Below, piece by piece: positions 1 to 8,938 of a DNA stretch of 64,000 bases; positions within the stretch are counted from its first letter, which is position 1, and every line of letters starts with the position of its first letter. The position numbers and the translations under genes were made by a program. Source of the DNA: Ferrimicrobium sp. GTDB taxonomy: Bacteria > Actinomycetota > Acidimicrobiia > Acidimicrobiales > Acidimicrobiaceae. The stretch is taken from NCBI RefSeq assembly GCF_027364955.1, contig NZ_DAHXOI010000004.1, forward strand, positions 36,850-100,849. The letters are read 5' to 3'. The notes beneath the pieces were generated by a model, which did not search any database, was not told the origin of the DNA, and was given only the letters and a program-made list of their open reading frames with translations.

Positions 1-1026
1 GGCTAGGTTGGCGATGACACACCGACCACCAAAGTCCCAGATCGGAGCACCAATTCCTGAGTGAGCTGGCACGACGGTGGGGATCGCCTCGGGTATCGCC
101 TTGGCTGCGACCTGTTCGGAGTCATCGGGGCTGTTCAAGAGCCCATTGCGCACGAGCCAGCCAATGGCCGAGCCTGCGTTCATCCAGAAGGCCTCGAGTC
201 CAAAGGTGGCGCGTCCTGATGCGGTGGCGGTGATGATCGGAAAGGTACCCTGAGGGCCTCGACGATCATAGCGAGGGGTGTCCTCGGCCAGGTCGACGTC
301 GGCTACCGCGGAGGTTCCAAGGGTGACCTTCGCCTTCGCGCGTTGGCCAGCGAGTGAGGCCTGCTGATCTGCGAGCGTGACCATGATGGAGGCTGGACCA
401 TTTGCCGTTACGTAGTCACCGCGATTGGCGACGACATCGATGATCGGTGCAAGGTTGTCGATGCTCATCCCCAGTAGCTCCAGCTTGGAGGTATCCCAAC
501 GGACGCCAGAGGAGTCGACTAAGCCGGTCATCGCTGCGTTCGTGGCATCGGTAGCGAGCACCCTGCCTTCAGTAAGGGCGAAGGTCAGCCAGGTATCGAT
601 TGTGCCGACCATGAGATCAGGGTATTCAGATCCATAGCGATCCAAGAGCCAGGCGAACTTGGTTGCGGATTGATTGGGGGCGAATGCGGCACCTGCGCGC
701 GAAAGGGCGAGACACTGACTTGCAGTTCGTAAGTCCTCCCAACTAATTGCCATCCCGATCGCTCGAGGTCGGTTGCGCTCAAAGGCTATGGCGCTGGATC
801 GTTGATTCGTGATCGCGATGCGATCAAAGGAACCAGCAGAGGCGACCTTGCCCAGCAGTTGTTGACATCGATGCAGCATCTCCATCGGATCAAAGGTCAC
901 GTTCGCCGTGCCTTCACGTAGGAGTTGCAGGGGGGTCGCGTAGCTGGCAAGTACCGCCAAGCTTTCATCGACGAGCGAGGCCCGTAGTGAACTCGAGCCA
1001 ACATCGAGGACCGCCACTGTTGTCAT
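1..1026 (-). CDS. FGGY-family carbohydrate kinase (glycerol-kinase-like); the C-terminal part lies beyond the window edge
   Basis: Absent from the ORF track because it runs off the window. My reverse-strand translation from the ATG at 1026-1024 reads MTTVAVLDVGSSSLRASLVDES... and stays open to position 1. It contains FGGY-like motifs: VLDVGSSSLR, TLADQQASLAGQ and HSGIGAPIWDFGG. Confidence 0.8.
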   Translation of the reverse strand, partial: MTTVAVLDVGSSSLRASLVDESLAVLASYATPLQLLREGTANVTFDPMEMLHRCQQLLGKVASAGSFDRIAITNQRSSAIAFERNRPRAIGMAISWEDLRTASQCLALSRAGAAFAPNQSATKFAWLLDRYGSEYPDLMVGTIDTWLTFALTEGRVLATDATNAAMTGLVDSSGVRWDTSKLELLGMSIDNLAPIIDVVANRGDYVTANGPASIMVTLADQQASLAGQRAKAKVTLGTSAVADVDLAEDTPRYDRRGPQGTFPIITATASGRATFGLEAFWMNAGSAIGWLVRNGLLNSPDDSEQVAAKAIPEAIPTVVPAHSGIGAPIWDFGGRCVIANLA

Positions 1027-1681
1027 CGCCGAACCTCGATTCCTTCAGCAACACCCGGTTCGGGTTGGCCAAATGAGATCGGGGCACCATCCAACTGGGG
1101 GGTAACGACAGTACCGCTGTGCTGGAGGTCAGGAACTGGCTGGTCGCGAGGTTGTCGTGGTGTGGTCAGTCGAGAGGGTCTCCTCGGGTCCCAATAGGGG
1201 CCCATGAGTGGAGGCCCGGTCGATTCGTCGGTGGAGGCTGTCTTGTGGTTGGGGATGATGCAGGCGAGGGGGTGGCTCATCGTTCCCAGCGGTTTTTTTC
1301 GATCGACATACCAGCAGTGGGGCTGATCATGATGCGGGTGTTGGATAGGGCTCCTTGGGTCATCGTGCCAACTTAGCACCTATGTGGCTTGGTGGGGATT
1401 GCTTTGTCATCAGAGGTTACGACACCTGCTTCATGAGGGGCCAACTTCGGTGGTCACGGACGTTGAGATGAACATCGCCTACCAGGCGGGTGAGAGAGTT
1501 CTCGTCAAGACTAGGATGGAGCGGTCAGCGTGTTTTGACAATCTCCAAAGGTGGAATGGTTCTAGATGATGCCGCCCTCATGGGCATGGAGCTGGTCATA
1601 CAACATGCTGATTGTCAATACTGGCCGTCGGTGCAGCGACACTCGAGGCCGGCTTGCTACGAGAGACAGGAAAGGAAGTTC

Positions 1682-2101
1682 ATGGCTGAGCTGAAGACGT
1701 CAAAGACCGCCGAAAATTTGAAGGAGGCGTTCGCTGGTGAGAGCCAAGCGAATCGACGTTATCTCTATTTTGCCCAGAAGGCCGATGTCGAAGGCTACCC
1801 CGACGTTGCCGCGCTGTTCCGCTCGGTGGCCGAGGGTGAGACTGGACATGCCTTCGGTCACTTCGATTTCCTCGCTGAAGTAGGTGACCCTGTCACCGGT
1901 GCGAAGGTGGGGGCAACTGAGGACAACCTTCGTTCCGCGATCGAAGGAGAGACCTATGAGTACACCGAGATGTACCCAGGTTTTGCCCGCACGGCTCGCG
2001 ATGAGGGTTTTGTCGAGGTAGCAGAGTGGTTTGAGGTTCTTGCTCGTGCAGAGAAGAGCCATGCCGGGCGCTTTGGCCAGGGACTCGAGTCGATCTCATA
2101 A
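1682..2101 (+). CDS. Rubrerythrin-family (ferritin-like diiron) protein, no rubredoxin tail
   Basis: Lies within ORF 1490-2101. The internal ATG at 1682 is preceded by GAAAGGAAG and gives 139 aa starting [27 protein letters not shown]. Two ExxH diiron motifs are present ([17 protein letters not shown]). Confidence 0.85.
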   Translation: MAELKTSKTAENLKEAFAGESQANRRYLYFAQKADVEGYPDVAALFRSVAEGETGHAFGHFDFLAEVGDPVTGAKVGATEDNLRSAIEGETYEYTEMYPGFARTARDEGFVEVAEWFEVLARAEKSHAGRFGQGLESIS

Positions 2102-2811
2102 TCGGACTTGATCTGTTGAGGTCTGCCTGAGAATCTTGGGCAGGCACCGTTGACAGATTGGGACGGCGTAGACGTGTTGGTGGGGCTCGGATCATCGTTC
2201 ATCGATAGGGTGATGCCGATCCCTGCCAGCGGTCGCCAGCATGTCAGCTCTTGCAATAGCGGTCAAAGGTGCCTCGATTGACGGAGGGTTCTGGCTGCTC
2301 CCTTGGTTGGAATGGTTGGCACAGTGCAGACTGCGAGGCTGTTCAGCTGGGTGGGCAGCCACTGAACTAGACGTTGGGTCGTCCCGTGATTCGAAGCCCT
2401 CTTGGGTGATTGGCACACTGCAGAAGCGCGGTAGTGCTCGCCAATGAGGTGATTCGTCTGCGCGCAAGATGAAAGGTCTGCATCGTGACCATGGCCAAAA
2501 GAGACGGAGTCGCCCCGAAGGATGAATTGGTCGTCGTGACCTGATCAAGCTGGCCGAATCAAGACGGCCGGTGCTCCTGGGTTGTGTACGGTTAGATCGC
2601 GGTGAGGAGATAAGCCTTCGTGAAACTGATAGGCACGAAACGGGTACGAGCCAGCCATGCTGTCGTACACCGGTGGGCCGCGATCATGAGTTGCAGGTTG
2701 CAACGGCGGATCGTTCTTGGCAGGGCTACGATGCAAGGTGGCACCCCGTGATAGGTGTCTCCATGGCGTTCATAACCATGATCCAGAGAGATGAAGATGA
2801 GGTAGGAACAG

Positions 2812-4119
2812 ATGACGACAACCTATGACCCGAGTGAGCCAAAGTACTATGACGAAGGGGATCTACGTGAGGAACTCGGCCGGGTTTTTGAACTCTGCCA
2901 TGGGTGTCGCATGTGTTTCAACTACTGTGACTCATTTCCAATGTTATTTAACTTCGTTGATTCCAAGGATCAACAGCATGCTGATTTGACCCCGACCGAA
3001 CAGGATGCCGTGGTGGATGCCTGCTTTGGTTGCAAGATCTGCTACGTCAAGTGCCCCTATATCCCGCCGCACGAATGGGCGCTTGATTTTCCGCGACTGA
3101 TGTTGCGCGCACAGGCGGTCCGTACCGCCAATCATCAGCGAGATCTTCGGAGTCGTGTCACCGATCAGGTGCTGGCGCGCACGGACACCGTCGGTGCCCT
3201 GAATCAGGCGTTGTCAGGGGTAGTGAATCCGATCGTCTCGCGCCCGAACACAGGTATTCGCAGAGTCATGGAGCAAGTCGCTGGCGTGTCGAGCCAACGC
3301 CTGCTCCCCTCCTATGGCAAGGTTCGTTTCTCCCGTTGGTTCAAGGATCGGCTGCCTCGATTCATCAGTGCGCCACGGGCAACGGTGGCTATTTTTCCGA
3401 CCTGTTTCATCGAATATATGGCCCCCCAGATCGGTGCTGATGTGACCACCGTCTACGAGAGTCAGGACATCGCCTGCTCGCTACCTGAAGGTGTCAAGTG
3501 TTGTGGGGCCCCCTGGTTGCACCAGGGTAATGTCGATGAGTTCACTCGACAGGCGCGAGCGAATGTCGAACGACTCGATGAGGTCGTGCGACAAGGCAAA
3601 GACATCATCGTCTCGCAGCCAACGTGCGCCTATGTGGTCAAGCGAGACTACCCCATCTACGTACCGGGTGAGCAGGCGGAGCGAGTTTCGCAGCACACCT
3701 TTGATCCGAGCGAGTATTTGGTGAATCTTATGCGTAAAGATCGCTCGATGACGTTGGGCAACGTTGAACTTGACGAGGAGGTAGTGTTTCACGCAGCCTG
3801 CCACACGCAAGCCCAAAACGTAGGGCTCAAAGGGCGCGACCTGCTGAAAAAGCTTGGAGTTAAAGTCCGGGTTGTTGCAAAGTGCTCCGGCATCGATGGA
3901 ACCTGGGGCTACCGGAGCGAGAACGCCACCTCCTCGCTACGGATGTCCGCATCCTTGGCCGACCAGATCGCCAAAACGAAGGCGACCACGATCGTCGGAG
4001 ATTGCCACTTGGCCAACACCGCCATCGATGAGGCGCTGGGCGTCAGGGTCGAACACCCGATTTCGCTGGTAAGAAAGTTAATGGGTCTTGAAACCCAACC
4101 TCCCTTGAAAGGAAATTGA
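2812..4119 (+). CDS. (Fe-S)-binding CCG-domain oxidoreductase (HdrD/GlpC-like)
   Basis: 435 aa. Two ferredoxin-type CxxCxxCxxxC(P) motifs (CHGCRMCFNYCDSFP, CFGCKICYVKCPY). Cys-rich CCG-type segments are also present (VKCCGAPW, AKCSGIDGTWG). Confidence 0.85.
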   Translation: MTTTYDPSEPKYYDEGDLREELGRVFELCHGCRMCFNYCDSFPMLFNFVDSKDQQHADLTPTEQDAVVDACFGCKICYVKCPYIPPHEWALDFPRLMLRAQAVRTANHQRDLRSRVTDQVLARTDTVGALNQALSGVVNPIVSRPNTGIRRVMEQVAGVSSQRLLPSYGKVRFSRWFKDRLPRFISAPRATVAIFPTCFIEYMAPQIGADVTTVYESQDIACSLPEGVKCCGAPWLHQGNVDEFTRQARANVERLDEVVRQGKDIIVSQPTCAYVVKRDYPIYVPGEQAERVSQHTFDPSEYLVNLMRKDRSMTLGNVELDEEVVFHAACHTQAQNVGLKGRDLLKKLGVKVRVVAKCSGIDGTWGYRSENATSSLRMSASLADQIAKTKATTIVGDCHLANTAIDEALGVRVEHPISLVRKLMGLETQPPLKGN

Positions 4120-4709
4120 TGATGCGAACGCTCACCGTGAACGACATTTTGGATCTACGCGCCTATGAGAAGGTTCGTGCCGAGATGCGCCAAGAGGTGA
4201 TTGACCTCAAGCGAGTACGCCGCGTGTCACTCGGAACCATGATCTCCGTCGTCTTCGAGAATAAGGCGACGATGCGTTTTCAGGTGCAGGAGATGGCCAG
4301 AGCGGAACGCATGATGCGAGATGAGGATATCCAAGCCGAGCTTGATGTCTATAACGAGCTCATACCTCGAGAACATGAACTTGTCGCGACGCTGTTTGTT
4401 GAGCTGACCTCCAAGGCAGAACTCGAAGAATGGTTGCCAAAGCTAGCTGGCGTAGAGCGTTCGCTCGAACTGATGGTCGATGAGGTGGGCGTGCCGGGGA
4501 CGATTGACCCAGCCCATGCCGAACAGCTCTCTCGTTCCGACGTCACTGCATCCGTCCATTATCTGCGTTTCTCGCTTCCCGAGAGGGCGGCTACCTCTTT
4601 TGTGGACCGCCAAGTGCGTCTGTTCGTCCACCATCCTGCCTATGAGGCTGAGACGGTTCTCGGAGATGAACTCAAGCGGTCGCTCGCAGCAGACTGGCAA
4701 ATAGGCTGA
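4119..4709 (+). CDS. DUF3501-family protein
   Basis: The start overlaps the upstream stop (TGATG; the track uses TTG at 4116). The sequence LTVNDILDLRAYEKVRAEMRQEVIDLKRVRRVSLG...FENKATMRFQVQEMARAE matches my recollection of DUF3501 proteins, which follow HdrD-like genes in actinobacteria. Confidence 0.7.
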   Translation: MMRTLTVNDILDLRAYEKVRAEMRQEVIDLKRVRRVSLGTMISVVFENKATMRFQVQEMARAERMMRDEDIQAELDVYNELIPREHELVATLFVELTSKAELEEWLPKLAGVERSLELMVDEVGVPGTIDPAHAEQLSRSDVTASVHYLRFSLPERAATSFVDRQVRLFVHHPAYEAETVLGDELKRSLAADWQIG

Positions 4710-4778
4710 GTTCGGCAGTGGTGGGTGCATGATGCACCGACCACAAGTGTTCACAACCATGGTTAAGGGAGGTGCCCG

Positions 4779-5954
4779 GTGGACTTCGAGTTCGATGACG
4801 ATCTCGCCCAACTTCGCGATACGGTGCGTAAGTTGGCGAAAGAGAAGGTAGCTCCACGAGCCCGGGAGATTGACCTTACCGGAGAGTATCCCCAGGACCT
4901 CTTCGAACTTTTTGGTGCTACAGGACTTTTTGGACTCTGCATTCCCGAAGCATACGAAGGCTCAGGTGCGGGCATACTTGGCCTGACGATTGCGATCGAG
5001 GAGGTCGCCAAGTACTCCAATACTGCCGCGTTGATGCTGTTACTCTCCAGACTCCCCACCGGTCCGGTCATGATCGCGGGTTCCGAGGAGCAAAAGCGAC
5101 GCTATCTCCCCGGTATCGCCCGTGGTGAGCAGCGTGCTTCCTTCGGACTCTCGGAGGTTGGGGCAGGCTCGGATGTAGCCGGCATGCGTACGAGTGCGGT
5201 GCCCGACCCCGACGTCGAGGGAGGGTGGATACTCTCAGGCTCTAAGGTATGGATCTCCGGTGTTGCCCAAGCAGACTGGTATACCGTCTTTGCCAAGACG
5301 GGAGATCCCAACTCTCGGCGTCATGATTCGATTACCGCCTTCATCGTCGACCGTAGCACTGAGGGTGTATCGGTGCCCCGGGTCGATAAAAAGATGGGGG
5401 TCAAGGGAGTTGACACCGGTGAGCTGTTGCTTGAGTCGGTGCACGTACCAGGGGAGAATGTGATCGGCGAGGTCGGTGGCTTTCGTCTTGCCATGCTCGG
5501 GTTGAACTCCATGCGTCCTATTGTGGCCGCTCGCGGTCTTGGGCTCGCTGAGGGTGCGCTCATGTATGCGGTGAACTACGTCAAAGAACGCGGCGCATTT
5601 GGCCATGCCATTGCCGACTTTCAAGGGATTCAATGGGAGATCGCTAAGATGGCCACGGAGATCGAGGCGGCTCGACTGCTGACGTACCGGGCGGCCTGGA
5701 TGGCCGATCGAGGTGAGTTCACTCGCGAGTTTGTTCCCTTCCTCTCCATGTCAAAGTACTACGCCACAGAGATGGCAGTCCGTGCCTCATCCCTTGCGGT
5801 ACAGCTGCTCGGCGCTGCTGGGTACATGCAGGACCATCCAACGGAGATGTATTATCGCGATGCAAAACAGTTGACCATTGTGGAAGGAACCACCCAGGTT
5901 CAACTTGGTCTGATCGGTCAGGGTGTGCTGAGGGGTGACCTTTGGTGGGACTGA
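4779..5954 (+). CDS. Acyl-CoA dehydrogenase
   Basis: 391 aa with a GTG start. Typical ACAD layout: N-terminal helical region (LAKEKVAPRAREID), the motif FGLSEVGAGSDVAGMRT, and the C-terminal segment YRDAKQLTIVEGTTQVQ. Confidence 0.9.
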   Translation: MDFEFDDDLAQLRDTVRKLAKEKVAPRAREIDLTGEYPQDLFELFGATGLFGLCIPEAYEGSGAGILGLTIAIEEVAKYSNTAALMLLLSRLPTGPVMIAGSEEQKRRYLPGIARGEQRASFGLSEVGAGSDVAGMRTSAVPDPDVEGGWILSGSKVWISGVAQADWYTVFAKTGDPNSRRHDSITAFIVDRSTEGVSVPRVDKKMGVKGVDTGELLLESVHVPGENVIGEVGGFRLAMLGLNSMRPIVAARGLGLAEGALMYAVNYVKERGAFGHAIADFQGIQWEIAKMATEIEAARLLTYRAAWMADRGEFTREFVPFLSMSKYYATEMAVRASSLAVQLLGAAGYMQDHPTEMYYRDAKQLTIVEGTTQVQLGLIGQGVLRGDLWWD

Positions 5955-6120
5955 TCGTTAGCTAATGGATGCGTGCGAGGCTGCAATCCTTGTGTTGTTG
6001 CAGCTACGCACCTGTTCAGCCATGGAGCCTGACGCATACAGGTGCAACATCCAAGCCATGACGCAAGCCAGGCTGCAAGAGTAGTCGTGTTGGGTCAAGG
6101 CCAATGAGACCAGCGTGTGC

Positions 6121-8469
6121 TCAGTCCGGCGTAGTTCGCTCGTCAGGTTCTCGTGCGATCCCGGTTAGGCCTTCCAAGAGCGCACCTGGTAGGAGTTCGC
6201 GTAGTTGGTGAGCTTGTAACTGCGCGACAAATTTTGCGGTTGGGTGCAAGAAGGCGACCTGGGTTTCGAGCGCGTTTACAAAGGCGGCAATGGCTTGAAT
6301 CGTTCGCGCGTTCGTTGGGCGATTGGCCCAATCGCTCACATCGATCTGCACCTGGTCGGGACGGAGTTTGGCAAGGCTTGTGACCTCGCCCCCTTCCCCT
6401 GAGCGCCAACGTAGGGCGACGTTGATGCCGAGTCGCTGGGCATGTCCTGCGATAGTGCTCGCCTTCTCCAACGCCTCATTGGTAGCGAGTTCAATCGATC
6501 GAAAGACGAGTTGTACTTTTTGTGGATTCAGGTACCCAGTTTGACAAAGGCGCTCGATCCTGTTGATGAAGTACTGGTTGGGCATCAGCGGTGAGACTCC
6601 AAAGGGTCCGCGAACCGCTTGACGTCGAAGGAGATGGTGCACAAGTAGCCAGTTGTACTCATCGCGAAGGTGGTTGCGCATCGCGTAGTCGCGTGGTGTC
6701 TCTTGGATAGGTTCCTGCCACGTGAGCGAAAGGTCAACTCCAGCCAATTCTCCGTCGGCGAGTCGCACCCAAGGCATCTCAACGGCGGCGACTTGGCTAG
6801 CGTCACGGGCACGGAGGAAGTCGAAGAGGTTCGGGTCGGTGAGTTGGGTATCGACAGTGAACCTCTCGTCGTCACCATGGGCAATGCGTAAGTTTTGCCC
6901 CTCTTGTTTGGCGATGTACATGGTATGGTCAGCGCGATCCAGGAGCGCATCGATACTGCCGTGGAAGGTCTCGAGGGCAGCGCCGACGGAGACCGACACG
7001 GCTAGCTGCCGGTCCCCAATGTCGACAGGCTGGGAGGTGATAGCCTCAACGATACGTTGGGCGACGCGTTTGAGTCCCCGGAACGGTGTATTCACCGCTC
7101 CAATGACGACAAACTCATCACCACCCACTCGGGCAACGATGTCGGTTGGTTTGGCACCGGCGATGAGGCGTTGAGCAACGGTCGTTATTACTCGATCACC
7201 ACCTCGATGACCAAGGAGGTCGTTGATGATTTTAAAACGGTTGATGTCCAAGAAGAGCACCATCACCGACGCATGGGTGAGTTGTTGGAGCTCGCCAGCA
7301 AGCCCATTGCGATTCAAGAGCCCTGTGAGTGGGTCATGCGTGGCATGCCAGCGCCACTCCTCAAGCTCTAAGTGCGAGCGTGTGGTGTCGACCAGGGTGA
7401 TGAGATACCGGTAGCTGACATCGCGTTCTGTCTCGATACGACGGATGGAGAGTGATGCTGGTTGTGGTTTGCCACTCCGCTTTCGTAGCAGCGCATTCGT
7501 GGTGAGCCAGGGCGTGGGTAGGGATCCGAGCAGCGAGAAGTATTCTTCGAACTGGCTGACGATGAGTGGAGTCGGCGATCGTACGAGTTCGCTGGGGCTA
7601 TGGCCTAGGAGTTCACCCGCTTGGCGATTTGCCAAGACGACTCTACCGCCCTCGTTGACACCAAGAACTCCGATATCAATGTTTGAGAGGATCGATGAGG
7701 CAAGAGAAGCTTCATTCTGCTGCTGTTGAAAATGTCCGAAGAGTGCAATGCCGGCGATATAAATGCTTAGGCAATCCTGGAGCACGGCGAGCTTCGTGGC
7801 ATCGAAACTGCGTACGGTAGTGGAACTCACTGTCATTCCATATCCGGCTGCACGGTCAATGGCTACTAAGACGGAGCGCATCGGCATATCCCTCTCAATA
7901 ATGGTTACGCCATGGACTAACAGGTCAGTAAAGTGTAAATTCTGACCTACTTTGGCCGCCCAGGCGGCAATTGGTGAGGTGGTAGGCGCGTCAGCGAGCG
8001 CAAACACGTGCGCCTCGGCCCCAAAGAGCCGTTCGAGAATTCCCTCTGTGACGCGTTGCCAGTCGGCCGTACCTTTGTCTAACCCCAGTAGGGCCATAAT
8101 CATCTGATTGGTAGCGTGGACTTCGAGGAGGGCGCCGCTTTGGTCAAGCTCAACCTGGAGCTGGTGCATCAAGAGCGCGTAGGCGTTGACGAAGGCCTGC
8201 GCGAGCGCGGTGTCCCACTCCTTTGTGCCGCGAGTGCGATCCTGTGGAACGATGAGTTGAAAGCCGCGCAGCTGGTTCAGGGCGAGTGTGGTGAAGCTCT
8301 CTGGGTCGGTGCACTCGAATCCTTCGACGAACTGTGATTGATCAAAGCACGTAATGCAGAGTTCCTTGAGCCGCGCGATCCGTTGCTCAAGCGTCTCACT
8401 TGACCCAATGATCGCCGAGATCTCTCGAAAGACATAGCTAGATTCGGACACGATTCCCACCGCATGCAT
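6121..8469 (-). CDS. Sensor diguanylate cyclase: N-terminal sensory region, PAS, GGDEF, and a degenerate EAL-like C-terminus
   Basis: 782 aa. PAS-like segment GVNEGGRVVLANRQAGELLGHSPSELV. GGDEF domain (DPLTGLLNRNG...RVGGDEFVVIG). The C-terminal ~240 aa align to an EAL fold but lack the catalytic signatures (DLSLTW for ExLxR, RWRSGEG for DDFGTG, QIDVSD for KIDxxF). Confidence 0.85.
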   Translation of the reverse strand: MHAVGIVSESSYVFREISAIIGSSETLEQRIARLKELCITCFDQSQFVEGFECTDPESFTTLALNQLRGFQLIVPQDRTRGTKEWDTALAQAFVNAYALLMHQLQVELDQSGALLEVHATNQMIMALLGLDKGTADWQRVTEGILERLFGAEAHVFALADAPTTSPIAAWAAKVGQNLHFTDLLVHGVTIIERDMPMRSVLVAIDRAAGYGMTVSSTTVRSFDATKLAVLQDCLSIYIAGIALFGHFQQQQNEASLASSILSNIDIGVLGVNEGGRVVLANRQAGELLGHSPSELVRSPTPLIVSQFEEYFSLLGSLPTPWLTTNALLRKRSGKPQPASLSIRRIETERDVSYRYLITLVDTTRSHLELEEWRWHATHDPLTGLLNRNGLAGELQQLTHASVMVLFLDINRFKIINDLLGHRGGDRVITTVAQRLIAGAKPTDIVARVGGDEFVVIGAVNTPFRGLKRVAQRIVEAITSQPVDIGDRQLAVSVSVGAALETFHGSIDALLDRADHTMYIAKQEGQNLRIAHGDDERFTVDTQLTDPNLFDFLRARDASQVAAVEMPWVRLADGELAGVDLSLTWQEPIQETPRDYAMRNHLRDEYNWLLVHHLLRRQAVRGPFGVSPLMPNQYFINRIERLCQTGYLNPQKVQLVFRSIELATNEALEKASTIAGHAQRLGINVALRWRSGEGGEVTSLAKLRPDQVQIDVSDWANRPTNARTIQAIAAFVNALETQVAFLHPTAKFVAQLQAHQLRELLPGALLEGLTGIAREPDERTTPD

Positions 8470-8938
8470 CCATAGAGTAATCTACTTCCAACGATGGCTC
8501 CTTGGGTCGTGATTCAAACCTAGTTTAGCAACAAGAACCCGCAGGTGTTTTGCGCATTCGGTTTTGCAGGTGATCAACGCACGTTGAAGATTTCTTGGGC
8601 AAATCTCTATGGTCTGCACACAAGGAGTGGTAATTGTTGCTAGGATCGTGGTCGTGGTGGGTTTGTTGCTGCATAGGTCGCTTGGGTATTTCTCGTGGTA
8701 GGTGCCTTGTGTGTCAACGGCGTCCGATGCTGACGCTGCGTACGGTCGGTTCGCTTGAGGCGCGGTTTAACCGTCTCGCCGGGCGGTACCGTTTTCCATT
8801 GGGTGCCGGTACTCCAGGTGGCGATTCGTCGAGCGACGGTGCGTTTGCTGGGGTGAGTTTCTTGCGCATATCCGGGTTTTCTTTTGGACAATACGCGCCG
8901 ATGAAGGGTGCGGTCTCGCAGGAACGGATGCGGTTGCG

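Noticed and set aside
1023-1379. 118-codon minus-strand ORF whose TGA overlaps the FGGY-kinase ATG (ATGA)
   Set aside because: The overlap geometry is suggestive, but the peptide is Pro/His/Arg-rich and unlike a folded protein. It may at most be the tail of a decayed gene, so it is not reported as a feature.
8640-8891. 83-codon basic ORF (MSKRKPGYAQETHPSKRTVARRIATW...) between the c-di-GMP genes, considered as a transposase/IS remnant
   Set aside because: The resemblance to IS481-type N-terminal HTH regions is too weak to defend by eye. I found no DDE motif, no inverted repeats and no target-site duplication.
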